Positions 55,658 through 64,000 of a stretch of DNA of 64,000 bases are shown here, in pieces. This stretch comes from an uncultured SAR86 cluster bacterium. GTDB lineage: Bacteria; Pseudomonadota; Gammaproteobacteria; Magnimaribacterales; AG-339-G14. Position 1 is the stretch's first letter. Each line of letters starts with the position of its first letter. Location: NCBI GenBank assembly GCA_902526045.1, contig CABZJI010000001.1, positions 395,900 to 459,899 of the forward strand, written 5' to 3'. A program made the position numbers and the translations under genes. The notes under the pieces were generated by a model. It saw only the letters and a list, made by a program, of their open reading frames with translations, was not told where the DNA came from and did no database searches.

Positions 55658-56536
55658 ATGGAAATATCCATAGAACAGATGCTTAAAGCAGGTGTCCATT
55701 TTGGTCATCAAACAAGATTTTGGAATCCTAAAATGGAAAAATTCATTTTCGGATCTAGAAACAAAGTACACATTATCGATTTGCAAAAAACAATAGATTG
55801 TTTGGAACCATCTCTAGACTTTTGTAAAAATATTGCATCCTCAAATAATAGGATTTTATTCGTTGGAACCAAAAGATCAGCAAGAGAAGTTATAAGACAA
55901 GAAGCTGAAAGGTGCGGTATGCCTTATGTAAACCACAGATGGCTAGGAGGAATGCTTACAAACTACAAAACAATAAGAGCTTCAATAAGAAGATATGAGT
56001 TTTTAGTTTCTCAAGAAGAAGAAGGTAAATTTAGCCAATACACAAAAAAAGAAGTTTTAAAACTTAAAAAGGAAATGGATAAACTTGAGAGATCTATTGG
56101 AGGAATTAAGAATATGGGCGGACTACCCGAAGCTTTATTTATTGTTGATGTAGAGAATGAGAAAATTGCCGTTGCTGAAGCAAAGAAGATGGGTATTCCA
56201 ATAGTAGGCCTAGTAGATACAAACTCTGATCCAGATTCGGTAGATTATATTATTCCTGGAAATGACGATGCTATTAGATCCATTTCATTACTTGCAAGAT
56301 TGATTTCAAATGCTTGCTTGGAAGGGGCTGAGAAAGCTACGGGCATAAGAGGCGAGGGTGACGGTCCTGTGATTATGAAAAAATCAGACCTTAATAAAAA
56401 AGAAAAAGTTGAAGTTAAAACTTTATCTTCAAATACAAACAACAAAAAAACTAATGAAGGAATACCAGTTGAAAAACTTTCTGAGAAAAATGAGCCAGTA
56501 ATTGAGCAAAAAGAATCTAATGAGGCAAAAGAATGA
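55658..56536 (+). CDS. rpsB: 30S ribosomal protein S2 (start corrected to ATG 55658)
   Basis: AGVHFGHQTRFWNPKM, RWLGGMLTN, PGNDDAIRS; AAGGAG SD upstream. Confidence 0.98.
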   Translation: MEISIEQMLKAGVHFGHQTRFWNPKMEKFIFGSRNKVHIIDLQKTIDCLEPSLDFCKNIASSNNRILFVGTKRSAREVIRQEAERCGMPYVNHRWLGGMLTNYKTIRASIRRYEFLVSQEEEGKFSQYTKKEVLKLKKEMDKLERSIGGIKNMGGLPEALFIVDVENEKIAVAEAKKMGIPIVGLVDTNSDPDSVDYIIPGNDDAIRSISLLARLISNACLEGAEKATGIRGEGDGPVIMKKSDLNKKEKVEVKTLSSNTNNKKTNEGIPVEKLSEKNEPVIEQKESNEAKE

Positions 56537-57375
56537 CCGAAATTAAAGCTACAGATGTAAAAATTCTGAGAGATAAAACTGGCCTTGGAATAATGGAATG
56601 TAAAGCAGCTCTTAAAGAAACAGGAGGAAATCTTAATGAGGCAGTGGAATATTTGAAAATAAATAGCAATTTAAAAGCTGAAAAAAAAGCTTCCAGAACA
56701 GCTGTTGAAGGACTATTGCTATCATCCAGCAACTTAATGATCGAGGTTAATTGTGAGACTGATTTCGTGGCCAAAGATGAAAACTTTAAAACTTTTTGTC
56801 ATGATGTTTTAAATTATTGTTTAGATAATGATTCGAAATCTGTTGAAGAAATAGCAGAAGATCTCGAATTAAAAAGGCAAAGTCTCGTTCAAAAAGTTGG
56901 AGAAAATGTAATTATCAGAAAGAAGGAATCTATAAAAGGGGATAATTTATACTCCTATATTCATAGCAATGGCAAAGTCGGAGCTATAGTTTCTCTGCAG
57001 GATTCCAACGAAGATTTAGGAAAAGATATTGCTATGCATGTCACTGCTTCTAATCCTAAGTTTATATCTCCAGAAGACGTTGATGCTGGAACAATCGAGA
57101 AAGAAAAACAAATTCTTAAAGCTCAAGTTGAGGACACAGATAAACCAGTGGAAATTATTGAGAAAATGATAGAAGGCAGGTTGAATAAATTTTTATCGGA
57201 AATAAGTCTCCTTAAACAACCTTTTGTTAAAGATCCCTCAACTTCTGTTGAAAATATTCTCAATGATCATAAAAACTCTATTGTTGAATTTTCAAGAATA
57301 GAGGTAGGTGAAGGAATTGAGGTAGAGCAAAAGGACTTTGCTTCTGAAGTCCAAGCTCAACTTCAAAATTCATAA
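56533..57375 (+). CDS. tsf: Elongation factor Ts
   Basis: LRDKTGLGIMECK.AL, EVNCETDFVA, MHVTA. Confidence 0.99.
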   Translation: MTEIKATDVKILRDKTGLGIMECKAALKETGGNLNEAVEYLKINSNLKAEKKASRTAVEGLLLSSSNLMIEVNCETDFVAKDENFKTFCHDVLNYCLDNDSKSVEEIAEDLELKRQSLVQKVGENVIIRKKESIKGDNLYSYIHSNGKVGAIVSLQDSNEDLGKDIAMHVTASNPKFISPEDVDAGTIEKEKQILKAQVEDTDKPVEIIEKMIEGRLNKFLSEISLLKQPFVKDPSTSVENILNDHKNSIVEFSRIEVGEGIEVEQKDFASEVQAQLQNS

Positions 57376-57395
57376 ATGTTGTCTTAAAAATTAAT

Positions 57396-57953
57396 ATGCT
57401 AGAAGAAATAAAACAAGAGACTCTTGAGCGAATGGAGAAAAGCATTACATCCCTTGAAAGCTCATTACAAAAGTTAAGAACGGGTAGAGCGAATCCTGCT
57501 TTGCTAGATTCTATTCAAATTGATTATTATGGAAATATGACTCCCCTAAGCCAAGTAAGTAATATATCAGTGCAAGATGCAAAAACATTATTAATTTCTC
57601 CTTGGGAAAAAAATCTTGTGCCTGATATAGAGAGAGCAATTCAAACCTCTGACTTAGGTATCAACCCTGCTACTTCAGGAGATGTTATAAGAGTCATTCT
57701 TCCAGATTTAACTGAGGAAACTAGAAGAGATCTTATAAAAGTAGCAAAATCTGAAGCAGAAAACTCAAAAATAGCATTAAGAAACCAAAGAAGAGATGCC
57801 AATGGACTGCTCAAGGAGTATTTAAAAGAAAAAGAAATTAGCGAAGACGATGAAAGACGTGGTCAAGAGATTATTCAGAACTTGACTGATGATTTTATTT
57901 CTAAAGTTGAGCAACTATTTGTATCAAAAGAGAAAGATCTTTTAGAAATTTAG
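57396..57953 (+). CDS. frr: Ribosome recycling factor
   Basis: LRTGRANPALLD, PDLTEETRR, RNQRRDAN. Confidence 0.99.
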   Translation: MLEEIKQETLERMEKSITSLESSLQKLRTGRANPALLDSIQIDYYGNMTPLSQVSNISVQDAKTLLISPWEKNLVPDIERAIQTSDLGINPATSGDVIRVILPDLTEETRRDLIKVAKSEAENSKIALRNQRRDANGLLKEYLKEKEISEDDERRGQEIIQNLTDDFISKVEQLFVSKEKDLLEI

Positions 57954-57958
57954 GTTTT

Positions 57959-58663
57959 ATGTCAATCAATTCAGCCAAGAAAATTGGTCACGTTGCCATA
58001 ATAATGGACGGAAATTCAAGATGGGCTAGACAAAGGAATCTAAAGATAATCGAGGGTCATAAGCAAGGAGTAAATCGATTGAGGGATATTGTTAAGTATT
58101 CAGCTAAATCTAAAATATCTCATTTATCAGTATTTGCTTTTAGTACAGAAAACTGGAAAAGATCTGCTTCAGAGGTTTCAGATTTAATGAAACTCTTTCT
58201 TCAATCAATAATTAAAGAAGTACCAGAACTAATTGAAAATAAGGTTCAATTGAACTTTATTGGGGATATTCCTAAATTCTCAAAATCTCTAATATCTCAA
58301 ATAAATTCTTCCATGAGAGATACTCAAGTAAGCAACCCAAACCTTATCCTTAATGTTGCTATTAGCTATGGAGGAAGATGGGATATTCTGAATGCTGTAA
58401 AGGGATTAAAAGATCAAAAAATTAATATTAATAAAATAACTGAAGATGAATTCTCTAATCTTTTATCAACTTCTAATTTTCCGGACCCAGATTTGTTGAT
58501 AAGAACTGGAAATGAAATTCGTATAAGCAATTTCTTTCTATGGCAAATATCATACTCTGAACTTTATTTTTCAAAACTTCTGTGGCCTGACTTCAAATTA
58601 TCCAATTTTAAATCTGTATTAAAAAAATTCTATACAAGAGATAGAAGATTTGGAAAGCAATAA
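57959..58663 (+). CDS. uppS: Undecaprenyl diphosphate synthase
   Basis: HVAIIMDGNSRWA, FAFSTENWKR, IRTGNEIRISNF.LWQ. Confidence 0.98.
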   Translation: MSINSAKKIGHVAIIMDGNSRWARQRNLKIIEGHKQGVNRLRDIVKYSAKSKISHLSVFAFSTENWKRSASEVSDLMKLFLQSIIKEVPELIENKVQLNFIGDIPKFSKSLISQINSSMRDTQVSNPNLILNVAISYGGRWDILNAVKGLKDQKININKITEDEFSNLLSTSNFPDPDLLIRTGNEIRISNFFLWQISYSELYFSKLLWPDFKLSNFKSVLKKFYTRDRRFGKQ

Positions 58664-58664
58664 A

Positions 58665-59288
58665 ATGATTAGATGGATATCAGGTATAGCTTTAGGATTC
58701 CTTTTTCTTACTTATATACTTTTATCCTCTTCCTTATTGTTTAACCTGGGATTGATTATTATTTTAAGTATTTCAGTATATGAGCTTATTAAGTTGAGAG
58801 TTTTATCTCTTCAATATCTTCTATCCTATTTCTTCTTAGGAACCGCAATCTTATGTTTATATTTTTATCAGTTGGAACGATCCTTAATCTTGGTAGCTGT
58901 TCTAATTTCCGTTATTACTGACGCATTTGCATTCTTTATAGGAAAGGCTTTTGGCAGAAAAAAAATATTTCCTAATATTAGTCCCAATAAAACTCTAGAA
59001 GGAACGGTTGGAGGAGTAGCTGTATCTGTGGTGATCAATTCTTTACTGATAATTCTAATTTTTCAAAACTTTCTGATGGGTTTTGAATTTTTTACGCTTA
59101 TTTTTGTTTTCTTTATCTCATCAGTGGCATCAGTTTTTGGAGACCTTTTAATAAGCTCTATAAAAAGACAAGCTAATTTAAAAGATACAGGGAGTCTTAT
59201 ACCTGGTCATGGAGGATTATTGGATCGGATTGATAGTCATATTTTAAGTATCCCAGTATTTTTTGCTTTATTAGAGGCCTTTAAATGA
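58665..59288 (+). CDS. cdsA: Phosphatidate cytidylyltransferase (start ATG 58665 or TTG 58650)
   Basis: D.FAFF.GK.FG, ISPNKTLEG, GDL..S.IKR, KDTG.LIPGHGGLLDRID. Confidence 0.96.
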   Translation: MIRWISGIALGFLFLTYILLSSSLLFNLGLIIILSISVYELIKLRVLSLQYLLSYFFLGTAILCLYFYQLERSLILVAVLISVITDAFAFFIGKAFGRKKIFPNISPNKTLEGTVGGVAVSVVINSLLIILIFQNFLMGFEFFTLIFVFFISSVASVFGDLLISSIKRQANLKDTGSLIPGHGGLLDRIDSHILSIPVFFALLEAFK

Positions 59289-60448
59289 AAAAAGTACTTG
59301 TTTTGGGATCAACTGGATCTATTGGAAAAACTACGCTTGAAGTGCTGGATCTACATAAAGAGAATTTTGAGTGTATTGGCTTGAGTGCAAATAAAAACTT
59401 CCAAGCTTTGTATGACCAGGCAAGCAAATATTCAGTAAAAAATATTTGTATACAAGAAGATTCTTCCTCAGAAACTGATCTTAAAAAGAACTCTAATATA
59501 AGGCTTTATAGGGGGTCTGATGGACAAAATGAAATGATAAGAGAGATAAATGCAGATATCATCATTATTGGGATCTCTGGATCAATTGGCCTTGAAGCAA
59601 CTCATGAGGCTATAAAAACTGGTAAAAGAGTACTTATTGCTAATAAAGAACCATTGGTAATGTGTGGAGATTTCTTATTGAATGAGGCAAAAAAATATAA
59701 GTCAGAAATAATACCTCTCGACTCTGAACATTCAGCTATTTTTCAATGTCTTCAAGGTTCTTCTAAAGATGACATAAATAAAATCATATTATGTTGTTCA
59801 GGAGGCCCGTTTTGGGATAAAAAAATTGAATCTTTTGAAAAGATAACTGTCGAAGATGCATTGAATCATCCCATTTGGAAGATGGGGAAAAAAATATCAG
59901 TTGATTCTTCAACTTTAATGAATAAGTCTTTAGAAATCATAGAGGCATCGGTTTTATTTGGGGTTGACTCAAACAAAATAGATGTTGTCATTCATCCTCA
60001 GCATGTTGTCCATTCTATGGTTGAGTTCAAAGATGGCTCAGTCATATCTAATTTATCAACACCCGACATGAAAGCTTCAATAGCTTTTGGCTTAGGATTT
60101 CCTAAGAGGCTTGAGTCTGGAGTCGAAAAATTATCTTTTTCTGATCTTTCTTTAAATTTTTTTGAACCTGATCGTAAAAAGTTTCCTTCTTTAGATTTTG
60201 CAAAAGAAGCTCTTCATTTAGGAGGGAACTTCCCTTTAATTCTAAATTCATTCAATGAAGTTGCAGTTGATCTCTTTTTGAAAGAAAAAATAAATTTTTT
60301 AGATATCTTTAAATTAATCAGTCATGCTTTTGATGCTGGAGATAATGTAGATATAAATGCAAAATTTGATACTATCGACGAAATCTTGCATCTAGAGGGT
60401 TTATCTAAAAAACAGGCTAAAGTTTTTGCAGAGAGATATACTTTCTAA
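59285..60448 (+). CDS. dxr: 1-deoxy-D-xylulose 5-phosphate reductoisomerase
   Basis: LGSTGSIG, ANKE, DSEHSAIFQ, HP.W.MG.KISVDS. Confidence 0.98.
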   Translation: MKKVLVLGSTGSIGKTTLEVLDLHKENFECIGLSANKNFQALYDQASKYSVKNICIQEDSSSETDLKKNSNIRLYRGSDGQNEMIREINADIIIIGISGSIGLEATHEAIKTGKRVLIANKEPLVMCGDFLLNEAKKYKSEIIPLDSEHSAIFQCLQGSSKDDINKIILCCSGGPFWDKKIESFEKITVEDALNHPIWKMGKKISVDSSTLMNKSLEIIEASVLFGVDSNKIDVVIHPQHVVHSMVEFKDGSVISNLSTPDMKASIAFGLGFPKRLESGVEKLSFSDLSLNFFEPDRKKFPSLDFAKEALHLGGNFPLILNSFNEVAVDLFLKEKINFLDIFKLISHAFDAGDNVDINAKFDTIDEILHLEGLSKKQAKVFAERYTF

Positions 60449-60450
60449 CT

Positions 60451-61782
60451 ATGACAGCTGTTCTAACTTATTTAATATCATTTGTTGTTCTGATTTCAGT
60501 GATAACCATCATTCATGAATCCGGTCACTTTTTTGCTGCAAGAATTTGTAAAGTTAAAGTTTTAGATTTCTCAATAGGTATGGGGCCATCAATCTTTCAA
60601 AAAAAGGACAAGCATCAAACAAATTACAATTTAAGAATTTTACCTATTGGAGGATTTGTTCAAATGCTGGGAGAGGGCGAAGACTCCTCAGAGAGAGATT
60701 CCTTTCAATCAAAACCATATTATCAGCGATTATTCATAGTTCTTGCTGGTCCCATGGCTAATTTTATTTTAGCCTTCATAATTTTTGTTGGTTTGAACCT
60801 TTATGGAATTCAAGAAATCTCCTCCGATATTGGGCAAGTAAAAAAAGATAGCCCAGCTTACAACGCAGGAATAAAGACAGGAACCAGAATAATAAGTATT
60901 GACGATTCTGATGTTGACACAAGAATGGAAGTTCAATCTGCTTTGTTAAGAAGGTTGGGAGAAACTGGGATAATTAACATTGAAACTTCAGATTCTCAAG
61001 GCACTACTTCATCTCATCAGATATACATTTCTGATTGGCTTATAGGGCAAGAGCCAAATGATTTAATGAAAGATTTAGGAATGTATTTACCCTCAGAAAT
61101 AATCATTGCGCAATTAACCGAAAATGGACCAGCTGCAAATTCTGGATTGAAGATAGGCGACAAAATTAATGCAATTGATTTCAATGAAATACAATCTTGG
61201 GAGGATCTTAAATTTTTTATCAATTCATCTGAAGGAAAAGAAATATTGGTAAGTATTTCAAGAAATAATTCCAACTTCGATTATGTTGTTCAGCCAAAAT
61301 TAAACCAAAGTCCTGAAGCTCAATGGTTAATCGGAATCGCAGCAAATTTGAAAATTCTTCCCTCTTCAATAATGAAAAAACGGTATGGTTTTTTTGAAGG
61401 TTCAATTAAAGCCTTAAAAGATACATATTCCAAATCATCAGAATCATTAATTTTTTTAAAAAAGATGATTCAAGGATTAATTTCACCTCGAAATCTCGGA
61501 GGACCAGTTATGATAGGCCAATACGCTGGTGATTCAATTAAATATGGAGGTTTGTTTTCTTTCTTAATGCTGATGGCTCTGATCAGCATTGGATTAGGTA
61601 TTATTAATTTATTGCCTATCCCCGTTCTTGATGGAGGCCAAGCCGTCATGATGACTTTAGAAAAAATAAAAGGTTCACCCCTTTCAGAAAACTTTGTAGG
61701 AATAACACATAGGTTAGGTATTGCATTTATTGTATGCCTTATGATCTTTACCTTTTTTAATGACCTTTCAAGAATTTTTTGA
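60451..61782 (+). CDS. rseP: RIP metalloprotease RseP
   Basis: HESGH, two PDZ regions, NLLPIPVLDGG. Confidence 0.97.
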   Translation: MTAVLTYLISFVVLISVITIIHESGHFFAARICKVKVLDFSIGMGPSIFQKKDKHQTNYNLRILPIGGFVQMLGEGEDSSERDSFQSKPYYQRLFIVLAGPMANFILAFIIFVGLNLYGIQEISSDIGQVKKDSPAYNAGIKTGTRIISIDDSDVDTRMEVQSALLRRLGETGIINIETSDSQGTTSSHQIYISDWLIGQEPNDLMKDLGMYLPSEIIIAQLTENGPAANSGLKIGDKINAIDFNEIQSWEDLKFFINSSEGKEILVSISRNNSNFDYVVQPKLNQSPEAQWLIGIAANLKILPSSIMKKRYGFFEGSIKALKDTYSKSSESLIFLKKMIQGLISPRNLGGPVMIGQYAGDSIKYGGLFSFLMLMALISIGLGIINLLPIPVLDGGQAVMMTLEKIKGSPLSENFVGITHRLGIAFIVCLMIFTFFNDLSRIF

Positions 61783-64000
61783 TGAGCAAATTACTCCCTT
61801 TTTTCTTATTTTTATACTCTATTAGTATTTTTGCAGATTCTTGGGTTATTGAAGATATAAGAGTTACAGGCCTCCAAAGAGTTTCTGCGGGATCGGTATT
61901 TGCCTCAATGCCAGTATCCGTGGGTGACGAAGTAGATCAAAGAGAAATTCAATTTATTGCAAAGTCAATTTTTAATACCGGTAAATTTGACGACATAGAA
62001 ATTGGCAGGGATGGAGGAGCCTTATTAATAAACTTGGTTGAAAGGCCTTCCATAGCATCTATAGATATTCAAGGTAACAAGGCAATAAAGACAGATGCAT
62101 TACTTGATGGACTGAGAAACTCTGATCTTTATGAGGGCCAACTTTATAGAAGATCAATAGTAGAAGGGTTAAGTGTAGAACTGGAAAGACAATACGTCGC
62201 TCAGGGCAGATACGGAGCAAAAGTTAAGGTAGAAAGTAATAATTTACCAAGAAATAGAGTTGCGATCTTAATCGAAGTCGATGAAGGTGAGGTCGCTCAA
62301 ATAAAAGACATAAATATTGTCGGTAATCAAACATTTACGGATGAAGAACTTTTGAGGGGCTTTGAGCTGAGTAAGGGAAATTGGCTATCCTTTATTACAA
62401 ACGATAATAAATATGCGCAGGAAAAGTTGAGAGGAGATCTAGAATCACTAGAATCCTTCTACAAAAATCGTGGATACGTAAAATTCTCTATCGACTCTAG
62501 AGTTGTGAGCGTTTCTTCAGACAAAAAGTCTGTTTTTATAACCATAGGCGTAAGAGAAGGAGGAGTTTTTAAAGTTAAAGAGACTAAATTAGCAGGCGAC
62601 CTTCCTTTATCAAAAGATAACCTAAGAAACTTAATTTTTGTTAAACCAGATACAGTATTTTCTCAAGAACTAGTAACTGCATCGGAAGAATTTATTACAA
62701 ATACTCTTGGGAATGAAGGTTACGCTTTCGCAGAAGTTTCCGGAGTGCCTGAAATCTTAGAAGATGAGCAATTGGTAAATCTTACTTTTTTTGTGGAGCC
62801 AGGCCAAAGGACATATGTAAGAAGGATTGAATTTATTGGAAACGAAAGGACCTATGATGTTGTCCTCAGGAGAGAGATGAGACAAATGGAGGGAGCATGG
62901 GCTTCTAACGCATTGATTGAAAATTCAAAACTTCGTCTAGAAAGATTAGGTTTTTTTAAACAAGTTGAGGTTGAAACTAAGCCAGTACCTGGCATAAGTG
63001 ATCAAGTGGACATTGAATACACAGTAGAGGAAGAATTCTCTGGTTCAATTGGAGGATCAATTGGCTATGGAGCATGGGGACTTACTTTAGGTGCAAATTA
63101 TTCCGAGAATAACGCTTTTGGAACAGGCAACAGATTGGTATTAGGAATAAATAAAAATGCTTGGCAAACAAGTTACAACTTTAATTTTTTTGATCCTTAT
63201 TACACGATAGATGCAGTAAGTCTTGGCTACAATGCATTTTATAGATCATCAGATTTTGGTTCATATAACCTTGCATCTTACTCGACAGACTCTTATGGAT
63301 TAGGAGCACAATTTGGTTTTCCTATAAGTGAAATTGAAAGATTAAATCTCAATATATCCTACGATAATACTAAGCTAGATGCAGGTAATTTTTCTTCTTT
63401 GCAATTGAATGATTTTGTTAATCAGGAAGGAGATAAATTTGAGACTTATAAATTAACTACTACATGGTCTAGAGTAACTTTAAATAGGGGTATTTTCCCT
63501 ACCGCAGGCCAATCGCATGCTGTAAGTATCCAAACCTCCCTTCCAGGTAGCAGCTTAAGCTATGGAAAACTAATTTACAGAATGAAATATTATGCTCCTA
63601 TGGGAAATGATTGGGTTTTTTCATTCAGAAATCAGATTGGAATTCTGGCAGCATATGGGGATACTTCAACGCCACCATTTTTTGAACATTTCTATGCCGG
63701 TGGCATGAACTCGGTCCGTGGATTTAGAGCAAATACCTTAGGTCCTAGATCTGAGGCTAGTGAATATGTCATTGATTCAAATGGTCAGGTCGTAACTGAT
63801 TCTGACGGAAATCCTGTACCAAATCCTTATTACTTTTACGAAAGAAGACCTATTGGTGGACAATATTCTCTCGAGGGTGGGATAGACTGGATATTCCCGC
63901 TACCTATTAGTCAAGATACTCGGTCGGTTAGAAGCTCCGTTTTCTTTGATTATGGAAATGTTTTCAGTGATGGTTGTAAAGCCTACGAAAGAAATTGCTT
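61782..64000 (+). CDS. bamA: Outer membrane protein assembly factor BamA (runs off window end; not in ORF track)
   Basis: Manual translation MSKLLPF...EDIRVTGLQRVSAGSVF (POTRA1); in-frame VRGF motif at 63714-63725. Confidence 0.96.
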   Translation, partial: MSKLLPFFLFLYSISIFADSWVIEDIRVTGLQRVSAGSVFASMPVSVGDEVDQREIQFIAKSIFNTGKFDDIEIGRDGGALLINLVERPSIASIDIQGNKAIKTDALLDGLRNSDLYEGQLYRRSIVEGLSVELERQYVAQGRYGAKVKVESNNLPRNRVAILIEVDEGEVAQIKDINIVGNQTFTDEELLRGFELSKGNWLSFITNDNKYAQEKLRGDLESLESFYKNRGYVKFSIDSRVVSVSSDKKSVFITIGVREGGVFKVKETKLAGDLPLSKDNLRNLIFVKPDTVFSQELVTASEEFITNTLGNEGYAFAEVSGVPEILEDEQLVNLTFFVEPGQRTYVRRIEFIGNERTYDVVLRREMRQMEGAWASNALIENSKLRLERLGFFKQVEVETKPVPGISDQVDIEYTVEEEFSGSIGGSIGYGAWGLTLGANYSENNAFGTGNRLVLGINKNAWQTSYNFNFFDPYYTIDAVSLGYNAFYRSSDFGSYNLASYSTDSYGLGAQFGFPISEIERLNLNISYDNTKLDAGNFSSLQLNDFVNQEGDKFETYKLTTTWSRVTLNRGIFPTAGQSHAVSIQTSLPGSSLSYGKLIYRMKYYAPMGNDWVFSFRNQIGILAAYGDTSTPPFFEHFYAGGMNSVRGFRANTLGPRSEASEYVIDSNGQVVTDSDGNPVPNPYYFYERRPIGGQYSLEGGIDWIFPLPISQDTRSVRSSVFFDYGNVFSDGCKAYERNC

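Noticed and set aside
56340-56536. Charged low-complexity C-terminal tail of S2
   Set aside because: Variable S2 tails are common; no repeat or motif seen
13074-61405. Numerous 60-160 aa ORFs nested in or antisense to housekeeping genes (e.g. 18088-18564, 20842-21171, 37467-37766)
   Set aside because: Explained by codon structure of the conserved sense genes; no motifs, SDs or independent support

Overview
Core-genome segment of an AT-rich, very compact gammaproteobacterium. Gene order and tiny spacers suggest a streamlined marine lineage such as SAR86 (inference, not searched). Contents in order: argJ(partial)-secA-lpxC-rlmB-rnr on the minus strand; an orphan WbpB-like dehydrogenase and rraA; tRNA-Thr, birA, tRNA-Tyr, tRNA-Thr, tuf, tRNA-Trp; secE-nusG-rplKAJL-rpoBC; str without tuf; S10-spc-alpha; uvrA/ssb; fabBA; rplU-rpmA-obg-proB; rpsT; a prolyl oligopeptidase and a small lipoprotein beside ssrA-smpB; an NSS transporter; bamE; fur-grpE-dnaK-dnaJ-dapB; rpsB-tsf-frr-uppS-cdsA-dxr-rseP-bamA(partial). 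I saw no mobile element, CRISPR array or defence island. The unusual signal is architectural. (1) The tuf stop codon is shared with the 5' end of tRNA-Trp, so tRNA maturation would remove the EF-Tu stop codon. (2) All six convergent junctions overlap. (3) Divergent pairs share palindromic -10 elements and several mRNAs look leaderless. (4) DnaJ has an in-frame deletion in zinc-finger repeat 1. (5) pyrH, tRNA-Gly and the str-operon tuf are missing from their usual positions.
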